DNA of 64,000 nucleotides from Phycisphaerae bacterium (GCA_041478555.1 JBGOWI010000005.1:20365-84364); one strand, 5' to 3'. Shown: positions 47,749 through 57,455, counted from the stretch's first letter. The notes: generated by a model from the sequence alone, not told the origin. Numbers and translations: made by a program.

Positions 47749-50136
47749 ATGGCTAAAGCCGAGTCAGAAAATGTCCGCGACATACTTGTAAGCCTCGCTG
47801 CTGTCGATAGCGCCGCCTTCGCGCTGCTTTATGACATATATTATGAGAGAATATTCAGCTACTGCGTCAGCAGAATCCGCGCCAGACAGGCAGCAGAAGA
47901 CCTTACAAGCGCCGCCTTTCTTGCCGCTGCTAAAACAATCTCAAAATTTCGAGGAAAGACAAGAACCGAGTTTGCCGACTGGCTGTATGCAATCGCTACT
48001 GCAAAAATAAATCTGTATCTGAGAAAAAAGCAGATTATAGAAAAACTTATGGCAACAGTTGCCGAAATTCAGGCGGCAAAGGCTCAGGATTCCCAGCCGG
48101 ATACAATTACCTGGCCGATGCTGCACAACGCCATTTTAAAACTCAGGCTGAAAGAGCAAACTATCATTGCCCTGAGATTTTTTGAAAATCTTGCCATTGG
48201 CAGAATCGCTGAGATTACAGGCTCAAGGCCCGATGCTGTACGACTCAGAATCGCAAGGGCACTTGAAAAAATAAAAATGTTCAACACGGAAAAACAGTTT
48301 GAGGATGCCGTAAAAAAACTCGATATAGATAATACACCGGATTCTGCACACAAGGAAAAACTCCGTGCAAAAATACTTGCCACATTCGATTCGGCCGGCA
48401 GAAAAAAACATCGGGTACTTCTGTATCCTCTCGCTGCCGCGGTTGTTTTAATAACGGCAGGTTTGACCCTGCGGTTTTACCCTGCGGATAAAATACCGCT
48501 TCCTCTGCGGCGTATCGTGAAACCTCCCAAGCCCGCAGCAGAGGTAACCCTTGTGCCGCAACAGGAAGAAAAGTCCCGCCTCGAAAATATTAAACAGCTC
48601 GCAGCTGAAAAAAACATCCCCGAACTATTAAAAATCCTCAAAGGTGATGATTTGACTGCAAGGCTACTCGCCGCAAAGTTCCTTGCAGAGCTTACAGACT
48701 CTAACACTGCTGATATAATAAAACTTGTTTCACCGGCAGGAAAACAGGCCGACTCAAACAAAACGGCCGTACAAAAGCCTCAGCAGCAAAAGACGCTGTA
48801 TATCAAGACAATCGACAAAAAAACAAAGCAGGTGCTTGCCGATGTTTGGCTGCAGATTAGATTTGACGGCGAAAAAAACATGCTTGAGGTTCCTACCGAC
48901 AGCAATGGGCAATATCTGCTGGTGCTGCCGGCAGAATCGTTAAACAGGCTGCAGATACGTGCAGCCATGAAAGGATACGCAGCTATGAAGATGCAGCGGC
49001 GCTCGGCACTAACTGTGCCGGAGGCGATTTTATTTGAGATGTCGCAGGTTTCAGAAATAGGCGGTCTTGTCGTAGACGAACAGCTTAAGCCGGTGGAAAG
49101 TGCCGAGGTAAAGGTGCGTGTTGGTTCCGACTTCAATTCTGAACTGCCTATGGTCGATGCAGACGAAATATTCAAGACCGATGTTAATGGTATCTGGCGA
49201 TGCGACAGCTTTCCCCGGGATGCGTGTCAGGTCTCAGTTATGGTAATGCATCCTGATTACATCTCGCAGGAAAGTTACCAGTCTGTGGTTGTCGAACAGA
49301 ATGAAAACCCATCATATCTTATGGTCCTCGAAAAAGGCGTTACCGTTACAGGCAGGGTGCTCGATTGGGAGCAGAAGCCGCTGCAGGCAGCAATCACTAA
49401 AGGGACCGACAGGCGTGAAAATCCTGTAATCTGCGACCCGAACGGCTGGTTCCGCTTCGATAACATCGCGCCGAGAGTTGAAACCTTCACCGCTCAATGT
49501 GAAGGTGCCGCACCGCAGATACAACAGGTTGATATTGGTCCAAACATGCCGCCGATAGTCTTTAACCTCGAACCTGCAAACACCATCCGGGCAAGGGTCG
49601 TTGATATTAACGATACACCATTAAAAGACGTTTACGCCAGGACTTCATCATGGCACGGGTTTAGTTCGCTCAATTTTGAGGCTAAAACCGACGCAAACGG
49701 TTTTTTCCAGTGGACGGGAGCACCGGCAGACGAAGTCTTATTCGACCTTTACAAACCAGACTACATGCGTATCAGCAACTTTGGCATGACAAACAAAAAC
49801 GATTATGTAATCACACTTTTGCCGCCGTTCAGAATCAGCGGCACCGTAACCAGCAGCGACCCAAACCGGCCCGTCAACAATTTCAAAATTACACAGGGCA
49901 TCTACCGAAATGACTCAAATCAGATTTTATGGCAGGAGTTCGTCTCATCTGTGTTTTCCGATAACAGATATGAACTGACTGTCACAGAACCCTATGAACT
50001 GCGGTTGAAAGTTGAAGCTGACGGTTTTGAGCCGGCCCAATCGCCGATTTTTTCTCCCGAACAGGGTGCAGCAGAATGCGATTTTGTGCTGACACCAGTA
50101 AAGACCAACCTCTACGATACAGTCGAAACACAATAA
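47749..50136 (+). CDS. ECF sigma factor fused to a TM segment and extracytoplasmic carboxypeptidase-regulatory-like domains
   Basis: Region 2 (AEDLTS..F..WLY.IA), region 4 (LRFFE..IAEI.G), TM LAAAVVLITAGL, repeated GxVxD..P/TDxNG.F domains. Confidence 0.85.
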   Translation: MAKAESENVRDILVSLAAVDSAAFALLYDIYYERIFSYCVSRIRARQAAEDLTSAAFLAAAKTISKFRGKTRTEFADWLYAIATAKINLYLRKKQIIEKLMATVAEIQAAKAQDSQPDTITWPMLHNAILKLRLKEQTIIALRFFENLAIGRIAEITGSRPDAVRLRIARALEKIKMFNTEKQFEDAVKKLDIDNTPDSAHKEKLRAKILATFDSAGRKKHRVLLYPLAAAVVLITAGLTLRFYPADKIPLPLRRIVKPPKPAAEVTLVPQQEEKSRLENIKQLAAEKNIPELLKILKGDDLTARLLAAKFLAELTDSNTADIIKLVSPAGKQADSNKTAVQKPQQQKTLYIKTIDKKTKQVLADVWLQIRFDGEKNMLEVPTDSNGQYLLVLPAESLNRLQIRAAMKGYAAMKMQRRSALTVPEAILFEMSQVSEIGGLVVDEQLKPVESAEVKVRVGSDFNSELPMVDADEIFKTDVNGIWRCDSFPRDACQVSVMVMHPDYISQESYQSVVVEQNENPSYLMVLEKGVTVTGRVLDWEQKPLQAAITKGTDRRENPVICDPNGWFRFDNIAPRVETFTAQCEGAAPQIQQVDIGPNMPPIVFNLEPANTIRARVVDINDTPLKDVYARTSSWHGFSSLNFEAKTDANGFFQWTGAPADEVLFDLYKPDYMRISNFGMTNKNDYVITLLPPFRISGTVTSSDPNRPVNNFKITQGIYRNDSNQILWQEFVSSVFSDNRYELTVTEPYELRLKVEADGFEPAQSPIFSPEQGAAECDFVLTPVKTNLYDTVETQ

Positions 50137-50162
50137 GTATATCCGCTCAGCGGCGCAATAAG

Positions 50163-50193
50163 AAAGCCCCTGAAAATCCTTCAGAGGCTTTTT
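50163..50193 (+). terminator. Intrinsic terminator
   Basis: aaagcccctgaa-aatcc-ttcagaggcttttt. Confidence 0.65.
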
Positions 50194-50236
50194 GTTCAAA
50201 TCACTCTCTAATAAAACAGGGCCGAGCGGCCTGTTA

Positions 50237-50635
50237 TCACTTCTTCTTATTCAATTCTTTATGTTTGCTGTAGCCGCATTTCGAACACTTGTCGAAAGCT
50301 TCAGGGTCCTGATAATTCGGTATAAAAACAGTGCCGCATTTCGGGCATTTCATTGCAATATATGCCGACATCTGACCGCACTTGGGGCATTTGAATACGG
50401 GCGGCGCCGTCGCCGAACCTGCTTCCTCGTTATTCCTACGGGTGTCCTTGGCGTCCAGCTTGAAAATATTGCCGCATTGAGGATTGACACACATAAGCAG
50501 AACAGAACTGCTGGGTGCCGAGCCGCCTATACTGCCGGAACGATTGGTTATTACTGTAATTATTACAGCAAGTGCTATGCAACCAACTGCAATACCAATC
50601 GAGACCCTCTTTTTCATTACTTTATCCATGTCCAT
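50237..50635 (-). CDS. Membrane-anchored zinc-ribbon-like hypothetical protein
   Basis: N-terminal TM; CVNPQC, CPKC, CPKC, CSKC. Confidence 0.8.
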   Translation of the reverse strand: MDMDKVMKKRVSIGIAVGCIALAVIITVITNRSGSIGGSAPSSSVLLMCVNPQCGNIFKLDAKDTRRNNEEAGSATAPPVFKCPKCGQMSAYIAMKCPKCGTVFIPNYQDPEAFDKCSKCGYSKHKELNKKK

Positions 50636-51039
50636 ATTCCCTAAACAGTTGCCAAAACGGGCTTATGTCCCTTCATAGCTAAATCTGTGCGATATTCTGG
50701 CTTGCGAGATTCAAGAAGTCAAAAATATTTTTAAGGCAGCCTTCAACTATCCGTATATAACAGCTCCACAATGCCAGCTGCTACAAAGACGGTCCGGAAA
50801 TATATCCTTTGAAATAATCCTCTTCGAAATAAAAAAGGCTAAAAAATATCGGTTTTTGTTTTTTTGCTCAAATTCCCTTTTTTTTAATCCTCAAAAGGAT
50901 GAATTATATTGACTATTTTGCCTATTTTGCTAAAATTAACATTATAAGAGACTGGTAGGTTTATCACTACCAGATTCAGGGATGGCAGCCTTAGGGGCGA
51001 TTTTTTCCCCAAGGAGGAGGTCTTACGAAAAGTAGCAAA

Positions 51040-52287
51040 ATGAGAAACACGGCAGCTACAAAAGACATTGTCTTTCTGCAGCCCGATTTTTGGCTGCGGT
51101 TTTTGCTGGCGGTCATTATCAGTCTGCCGGTAGGACAGATAGCCTATGCCCAACAGCAACAGCTTGCAAGACAAAGAACAGATTATTTCAAGCTCGTTTC
51201 CACCGTCGAATACACAGCCAAGCAGGGCAACGAAAGCAGACAATATCGGCATCAAGCTGAACCGTGGTTTATGGTTACCACTGTACCCCAGACCAATGAG
51301 CAGAGACATTATCATCTTATAACAAACGACTTAAAACTTCAGGATGCGAACTTACAACAGAAATACCAGTACGCCGGCGAAATAAATTATGACCTGACAG
51401 AAAAAAGATTTATGACAGGTGTTGACTCAGATTTGATGCACCTGCAGAAGATGAACAACGAATGTATAAAGAGCATCGACGGCAAGGCCCCGAAAGAGGT
51501 CGGAAAGACATGGACGTGCAGATTCAATCTTGGGACATTCAACCATTACTCGCTGCCTGATGAATTGAAATTTACCGTAACGTCAATCAAGGTTCCGACA
51601 GACGAGCTCGGCGACTTTATCGCTGTACGTGCAATATCAGACCCATTCCTCGTAAAGGCTGCTGCACAGACAGAAGGCTATGGCTTTGTCAAATGCAAGA
51701 TTGCCAGCGTTTATCTTTTTGACCCTAATGTGTATCGGACAAACGAAGAAGATATTTATGCCAGTGCAATGGTTTTTCTGGCCGCTACGAAAATGGACGG
51801 TATGACCCAGCAGTACCGCTATGAGTTCGGAACATACAAAACGGATGCGAACGCTGCGTCAGCCGATATGAACGGGCTCGGCCTTGAGCTCGAAGGTTTT
51901 GTCAGAGAAATTCGGCTGATACCGCAGCCCATTGAAGTCGATAAGCCGTGCGGCCTGCCGATGTGGGCCAAGTCGGAGATAGTAAACGCCGCTCAGCTCG
52001 CGTCGACCTGTGCGGCCGTTGCATGCGAACAGGATATAGTCAATCCCGTTGCGAGCATCTACCTTGCCGCCGCGAGAACTTATCAGCTTCAGGATGAGTG
52101 CCTGCTTATCCCCGCTCCGTGCGAAAGAAGCGTCTGTCAGGCACTGAGATATGATGTCGAAGAGATTTATCCTATGGACATCTGTGGAGGAAAAGCATTT
52201 CCATTATGGCCGTTTGCCGCGATACCGCTGGCATTTATAACATATCATCACCACCACGACCACGAAAAAAGCCCATATAAACCATAA
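51040..52287 (+). CDS. Exported hypothetical protein with Cys-rich, hydrophobic and His-rich C-terminus
   Basis: 415 aa; signal-like N-terminus; ends FPLWPFAAIPLAFITYHHHHDHEKSPYKP. Confidence 0.78.
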   Translation: MRNTAATKDIVFLQPDFWLRFLLAVIISLPVGQIAYAQQQQLARQRTDYFKLVSTVEYTAKQGNESRQYRHQAEPWFMVTTVPQTNEQRHYHLITNDLKLQDANLQQKYQYAGEINYDLTEKRFMTGVDSDLMHLQKMNNECIKSIDGKAPKEVGKTWTCRFNLGTFNHYSLPDELKFTVTSIKVPTDELGDFIAVRAISDPFLVKAAAQTEGYGFVKCKIASVYLFDPNVYRTNEEDIYASAMVFLAATKMDGMTQQYRYEFGTYKTDANAASADMNGLGLELEGFVREIRLIPQPIEVDKPCGLPMWAKSEIVNAAQLASTCAAVACEQDIVNPVASIYLAAARTYQLQDECLLIPAPCERSVCQALRYDVEEIYPMDICGGKAFPLWPFAAIPLAFITYHHHHDHEKSPYKP

Positions 52288-52337
52288 GGGCGGATATTTA
52301 AGATTTAACATTTAAGATTGAAGATTGAGCTCTTCTT

Positions 52338-53339
52338 TTACTTTTTGTACTTTTTATAAATTCCAAGTGCAAGTATAGCAAGTAATATCACTGCGCTGAT
52401 GTGTTCGAGCGGTGTTGTGCCCATTTTGTGATAATGGCTGTGTATCTGACCGCCTAAATTGCTGAACGTTGCGTCAAGTAACAGTCCGGCTGCCAATGCA
52501 CAGGCCGCAATGGTAAGTATATATATTATCGCTGTACGCCTGCCGAGGACCTTCCAGATTGTTACAAAAGTTGCGGCATTTGTCGCAGGGCCCGTCATTA
52601 AAAATACAAGGGCGGCGCCGGGCGTAAGACCTTTAGCAATCAGCGCAACAGCTACCGGAACAGAAGCCGTTGCGCAGACATAAACTGGAATGCCCACCAG
52701 CATCATTAAAATCATTGCACCAAGGCCGGTGCCGATTTTGTCGGCAAAAAAGTCGTCAGGCACAACGACTGAAATAAATGCTGCTATCAACAAGCCGACA
52801 AACATCGCGGTGCCGAGTTCGCGAGGAAGCACCAGAAACGCATGTCGAAAACCGATTGAGAATTTGCTCTTGTCATTTGTCGAATCTTCATCGTCCGGCA
52901 ACTCTGCGGCGGCAGAAGCATCTTTGCCGAATAAATCCACCGCAATGCCGCCGACTATGCCTGTTATCAGTGCAACAACAGGACGAACGACCATAAAGAC
53001 CGGACCGAGCAAGCTCAATGTTACAAAAATACTGTCAACGCCTGTCTGCGGCGTGCTTAAAAGAAATGCGACTGTCGCACCGGGACTTGCGCCGCGTTTT
53101 CGCAGCGACATCGATACAGGTATTACCCCGCAGCTGCACAGAGGCAAAGGTACGCCGAAAAGCGAAGATTTTATTATCGGCCAAATACCTTTTCCGGCCA
53201 GATGTCTCTGCACGAAGCTGGTGGGTATCAAAACCTTCAAGATGCCGGCAACGACAAAACCAAATAACAGATAAGGACTCATCCGGCCCACCGTCGCCCA
53301 GAAATCAACAGCAATCGATTTTAAAAAGTTACCAATCAT
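52338..53339 (-). CDS. DUF318/ArsP-type permease (SO_0444-like)
   Basis: PLPLCSCGVIP, FLLSTPQTGVDS, PVYVCATASVP, FLMTGPATN. Confidence 0.88.
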   Translation of the reverse strand: MIGNFLKSIAVDFWATVGRMSPYLLFGFVVAGILKVLIPTSFVQRHLAGKGIWPIIKSSLFGVPLPLCSCGVIPVSMSLRKRGASPGATVAFLLSTPQTGVDSIFVTLSLLGPVFMVVRPVVALITGIVGGIAVDLFGKDASAAAELPDDEDSTNDKSKFSIGFRHAFLVLPRELGTAMFVGLLIAAFISVVVPDDFFADKIGTGLGAMILMMLVGIPVYVCATASVPVAVALIAKGLTPGAALVFLMTGPATNAATFVTIWKVLGRRTAIIYILTIAACALAAGLLLDATFSNLGGQIHSHYHKMGTTPLEHISAVILLAILALGIYKKYKK

Positions 53340-53683
53340 TTTTTTATCATCGTCAGAAGCATTTTGAAACGCTCTTTGGCCTGGACGGCGTGAGGGACAT
53401 TGGCAGGCATAATCACAATTTCGCCGGCTTTTGCCTCGATGTTTTTGCCGCCAATGACAAGAACAGCAGAGCCTTCGACAATCTGAACAAGTGCATTATA
53501 AGGGGCCTGATGTTCGCTTAACGACTGGCCGGCGTCGAAAGCAAATAATGTAATTGTTCCGACAGGTTTATCTATTATCGTTTTGCTTACTATCGAATCG
53601 GTTGAATAATCAACCAGACCGGCAAGGTCAACTGCGTTTGCCATACAAGACTGAAGAACGGTATTTTTTTCAGCTTTTTTCAT
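53336..53683 (-). CDS. Cupin domain protein
   Basis: TLFAFDAGQSLSEH, MPANVPHAV; ATG at 53683 with RBS AAGGA. Confidence 0.88.
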   Translation of the reverse strand: MKKAEKNTVLQSCMANAVDLAGLVDYSTDSIVSKTIIDKPVGTITLFAFDAGQSLSEHQAPYNALVQIVEGSAVLVIGGKNIEAKAGEIVIMPANVPHAVQAKERFKMLLTMIKK

Positions 53684-53696
53684 ATCATATCCTTTT

Positions 53697-54980
53697 TTAT
53701 CCGAGCATTTCAGCCATATCTTTTTCCGGTTCGCCAATCGGCTTTATATTATATTTTTCAACCAGAATTTTTAGAATATTCGGGCTGACAAAGGCCGGCA
53801 GAGAAGGGCCGAGCCTGATATTCCTTATGCCAAGATAGAGCAGCGTAAGCAGAATTGCAACAGCCTTCTGTTCATACCACGAGACGACAAACGACAGCGG
53901 CAAATCATTCACGCCGCATTTGAACGCTTCGCCAAGCGCCAGCGCGATTTTTATAGCAGAATAGCAGTCGTTGCACTGGCCTGTGTCAATCAGTCTTGGT
54001 ATGCCATCAATCGTGCCGAAGTCATTATAGTTGAAGCGATACTTTCCACAGGCAGCGGTAAGTATCAGGCAATCTTTCGGCACAAGTTCTGCAACCTGCG
54101 TGTAGTAATTGCGTCCCGGCTTTGCACCGTCGCAGCCGCCGATAAAGAAGAAGCGTTTGATTTTTCCGGCCTTTACCGCTGTGATGATTTTATCGGCAAG
54201 GCCGAGCACGGCAGTATAGTGAAAACCGGTGTTTAATGTGCCGGCCTTGTTTTCCTTCAGCGGCGCGGACTTTAACGCCTTTTGAATTACTTTGCCAAAA
54301 TCCCGCCCTTTAATATGAAGAGCGCCCGCGACGCCGGCTATGCCACAGGTAAATATTCTATCTTTGTAACCGTCCCTGGGAATCATAACACAGTTGGTTG
54401 TAACCAGAATCGCACCGGAGAATTCATCGAACTCCTTTCGCTGATTCTGCCATGCTGTGCCGTAATGACCGATGAGATGTTTGAACTTCCTCAATTCGGG
54501 ATAGCCGTGAGCAGGCAGCATCTCACCGTGTGTGTAAATATTTATACCCTTGCCTTCAGTCTGTTTTAAAAGTTCATAAAGGTCGAGCAAGTCATGGCCG
54601 GTAACGACAATACCAGGGCCGGCTTTTGTGCCGCCATAAACCTGTGCAGGTTTGGGTGCACCGAATCTTTCCACGTGGGCGTTATTCAGCATCTCCATTG
54701 TTTTTAAATTCATCTGACCGGCCTTGAGCACAAGCTCAAAAAATCTTGCCAAATCGAAGTCAACATTCGTGAGCGTGGCAAAAAGCGCCTCGTGCATAAA
54801 GCCGTCAACTTCCGCATCAGTTTTGCCAAGCTCCCTTGCATGATAGGCATAAGCGGCGATGCCCTTAAGACCGAAGACAAGCATATCCTGAAGACTCTGA
54901 ATGTCAGGGTCTTTGCCGCAGACGCCGAGTTTTGTGCAGCCCTGCCCGCCGGCTGTCTGTTCACACTGATAACAAAACAT
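53697..54980 (-). CDS. hcp: Hybrid cluster protein (hydroxylamine reductase), short form
   Basis: MFCYQCEQT..GC..GVCGK, TGHDL, YTHGEMLPAH, GGCDG, GQCND, SWYEQKA. Confidence 0.95.
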   Translation of the reverse strand: MFCYQCEQTAGGQGCTKLGVCGKDPDIQSLQDMLVFGLKGIAAYAYHARELGKTDAEVDGFMHEALFATLTNVDFDLARFFELVLKAGQMNLKTMEMLNNAHVERFGAPKPAQVYGGTKAGPGIVVTGHDLLDLYELLKQTEGKGINIYTHGEMLPAHGYPELRKFKHLIGHYGTAWQNQRKEFDEFSGAILVTTNCVMIPRDGYKDRIFTCGIAGVAGALHIKGRDFGKVIQKALKSAPLKENKAGTLNTGFHYTAVLGLADKIITAVKAGKIKRFFFIGGCDGAKPGRNYYTQVAELVPKDCLILTAACGKYRFNYNDFGTIDGIPRLIDTGQCNDCYSAIKIALALGEAFKCGVNDLPLSFVVSWYEQKAVAILLTLLYLGIRNIRLGPSLPAFVSPNILKILVEKYNIKPIGEPEKDMAEMLG

Positions 54981-55012
54981 AGTTAATCCCTTTCAAATTA
55001 AAACGGTCATTC

Positions 55013-55420
55013 TTATTTTCTTTTCAGCAGCTCATCCAGCGTTATATTTTTCAGGTACTCTTCAATATATTTCTGAAGAGAAGCAAGTTTTTTACTTACT
55101 ATACAGGCCGGTCTTTTAGGGCAGCACTTCACATCAAAGACACATCTGTTCAGACAAACACCATCCTGTATCGCTTCTATAACCCGATAAAGACTGATTT
55201 TTTCAGGACTTTTTGCAAGCTCAAAGCCGCCGTTGGCTCCCATCCGGCTAACAACCAGCTTTGAAGAAGAGAGCTTCTGAAGCAGTTTACAGCCAAGCTC
55301 GTAAGACACATCGCAGTTTTTGGCAAGCCGACGAGCCGATACTGGTGCGCCGCCGTAATTTTCCACAAGGCCGACGATAAGTCTCAGGGCATAATCGGTA
55401 TTTCGCCTAATAACATCCAT
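55013..55420 (-). CDS. Rrf2 family transcriptional regulator, likely Fe-S binding
   Basis: TDYALR, GANGGFELAK, CLNRC..CC..C. Confidence 0.92.
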   Translation of the reverse strand: MDVIRRNTDYALRLIVGLVENYGGAPVSARRLAKNCDVSYELGCKLLQKLSSSKLVVSRMGANGGFELAKSPEKISLYRVIEAIQDGVCLNRCVFDVKCCPKRPACIVSKKLASLQKYIEEYLKNITLDELLKRK

Positions 55421-55433
55421 CTAACCGCCTAAA

Positions 55434-55622
55434 AAATCCTAAATTCGAATGCTTGTCCCCGCAAAAGCGGGGATCGAAACCCTCCACAGGACACCTTACG
55501 GTGGAAACAAATCCGAATTACTAAAATTCAAATGACCGAAACTTTCGTATTTACCGTTTTGAACATTTGAAAATTCGATTTTTGAATTTGTTTAGAATTT
55601 CGGATTTCGTACTTCGATATTT
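55434..55622. repeat. Block of degenerate heptamer repeats in two opposing halves
   Basis: aaatcctaaattcgaa..aaatccgaatt.. versus ..tttagaatttcggatttcgtacttcgatattt. Confidence 0.6.
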
Positions 55623-55630
55623 GTTATATA

Positions 55631-55666
55631 TATGACTATTTTAGTCCTACTTAAAAAATCTGTCAA
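55631..55666 (-). promoter_or_regulatory. sigma70 promoter with overlapping Rrf2-type operator
   Basis: TTGACA-17 bp-TAAAAT; palindrome GACTAtttTAGTC at 55634-55646 covers the -10. Confidence 0.8.
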
Positions 55667-55790
55667 TACTATTTTTTATTTTTTTCATCCCGCATCTACT
55701 TTGAGGTGGTTGCATTAGACTATTTTGCAAAAGTTGCTTAAGAATGGTTAGTTTATCGTTTTTGTTTACAATGCCAAAGTAGGTGCGGGA

Positions 55791-56603
55791 TTAAAGCGGG
55801 TTGTTTATCAGGCTGCAGGCTATAAGGCACAGATTGGCGGTGTTTTGGGGGCTTTGAGGATAGAAAAGATAATTGCCTATGGTCTGTGTGCCGATTTGCT
55901 GTGACTGTGCTATTGCAGGGGCAAGCAGGACAAACTGGCCCGGCCGCAGACAGACATTAAGGGCTGCTGATTCAAAGGCAAATTCATAATGGCCCCGGCC
56001 GGCGGGCTGTTTTTTTGTCTTCTGTGCGACGCCGGTCCTGTAAACAGGCGTGATATCAAGCCTGCAGAACTGCCGCAGACCGATAAGCGGCTCTGCCTTT
56101 ATGCGAAGGGCTATTTGGCCGGCGTCAAAACCAATGCCTGCTGTCGCACTGCCTGAACGGTAGATAACCGAGACCGGCTGAGGTGTTTCAGCAATAACGA
56201 TGTCGTCGAGTGTATTTTCGGTGATTAGAAGATTGATGCGTTTTTTTATTTCAGGCTGTGATTGTGCCAGAAGCTGGGCTATTTTCTGCCAGGAGATTCT
56301 GTCGCCTGCACAACCGACAAGACCATTGGCCGAAAAGGCAGCAGGGTCGTTGTATTTTACAGGCAATGTGTCGGTTCGGCTGATTTGCTCCTGAATCTCC
56401 GTTAGTTTGTCCGCCCGAATTTGAAATAGATATATATACATACTGACGGTCATGGTTTTATTTTCCGAAGGCTGCTGTTGACTAATCAGCTCGGATGCTT
56501 TGATATCCTTCCAAACCTTGGGGGATGGGGCATTTGAACCTATGCAGCCTGCCAGAAATGAAATGAGAAGAAGAACCACCAATAGACAAAAGGGTTTTTT
56601 CAT
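55791..56603 (-). CDS. Hypothetical lipoprotein
   Basis: Signal peptide with lipobox LAGC. Confidence 0.8.
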   Translation of the reverse strand: MKKPFCLLVVLLLISFLAGCIGSNAPSPKVWKDIKASELISQQQPSENKTMTVSMYIYLFQIRADKLTEIQEQISRTDTLPVKYNDPAAFSANGLVGCAGDRISWQKIAQLLAQSQPEIKKRINLLITENTLDDIVIAETPQPVSVIYRSGSATAGIGFDAGQIALRIKAEPLIGLRQFCRLDITPVYRTGVAQKTKKQPAGRGHYEFAFESAALNVCLRPGQFVLLAPAIAQSQQIGTQTIGNYLFYPQSPQNTANLCLIACSLINNPL

Positions 56604-56611
56604 GGGAGCTG

Positions 56612-56640
56612 ATGGTAATTTAAGAGAGGCTTAGTGTCAA
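56612..56640 (-). promoter_or_regulatory. sigma70 promoter directly upstream of the lipoprotein ATG
   Basis: TTGACA-17 bp-TACCAT, 8 nt before ATG. Confidence 0.6.
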
Positions 56641-56666
56641 CGCCTCAATGGCGGCAGCAAATCCTG

Positions 56667-57035
56667 TTAAATATCAAACTGCGGCCTGGTGCAGAATTGA
56701 AAGGCAATGTGTTTTTTGCTGGCTTTCGGTTCGACTGAGCTCGCCGAAGTCTGCTCGGGCTGCAAATCAACTATCCTTACAACACGTGCGTATGCTGAAA
56801 CCTTGCCGCCAAACCGGTCGGCACTATCGGCATCAGGTATGTCCAGCTCGACATTGAAAAGGTCACCAGTGTCCATAATCGCGTTCTGGCTGCTTTCCAC
56901 CAAAAGACCATCAGGACTGATGTCTACAGTACTGCCGCTAAAGATATGGTCATGTAATGAGCCGACTTTTCGACAGAATATGCCTACCCTGACAGGCAGG
57001 CGTCTGTGCTTCCTCCTCTCATTGCCTCCTCTCAT
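56667..57035 (-). CDS. PilZ domain protein
   Basis: ERRKHRR (RxxxR) and DISPDG (DxSxxG), ARVVR, IAFQF. Confidence 0.9.
   Translation of the reverse strand: MRGGNERRKHRRLPVRVGIFCRKVGSLHDHIFSGSTVDISPDGLLVESSQNAIMDTGDLFNVELDIPDADSADRFGGKVSAYARVVRIVDLQPEQTSASSVEPKASKKHIAFQFCTRPQFDI
56728..56752. repeat. GACTTCGGCGAGCTCAGTCGA palindrome in frame inside the PilZ gene
   Basis: Encodes TSASSVEP; matches 25812-25836 at 24/25. Confidence 0.85.
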
Positions 57036-57100
57036 TGCTTCCGTGCCTTAATATTAGTTTAAAAATGTCAAAACCTTCATTCTTTTCTTATAGAGACTAT

Positions 57101-57117
57101 TGCAAATAATATACCAA
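57101..57117 (-). promoter_or_regulatory. Putative sigma54 promoter of the PilZ gene
   Basis: TTGGTATATTATTTGCA (GG-N10-GC); palindrome TGTCGTTtaaaAACGACA at 57229-57246 as candidate activator site. Confidence 0.6.
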
Positions 57118-57417
57118 CGAGACAATCTCAAAAATACCCCATTTTAACTTGTTTAAGAGCTTTCTTAGAATGGGCTTACAAACGTTTCGTTGCTAATTTT
57201 AAACCTGGGAAATTGTAAAATTAGCAAATGTCGTTTAAAAACGACAACAAAGGCTATGCTGGAATAAATAAAAACAGCAGTGTAAGTATCAAATCAAGTC
57301 TCCTGATATATAAAAAAGTCATAAGATATTGTTTATAAATATGTTATGATTAAGAAGACCGGCAGCGAGGGTATGTTTTTTTAAAGCAGCATTGTTGATT
57401 TTTTGCAACATGGAAGA

Positions 57418-57447
57418 TTGACAGATACTGCTAACATTTTCTATAAT
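57418..57447 (+). promoter_or_regulatory. sigma70 promoter of the two-component operon
   Basis: TTGACA-18 bp-TATAAT, 8 nt before ATG 57456. Confidence 0.75.
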
Positions 57448-57455
57448 ACTGCATT

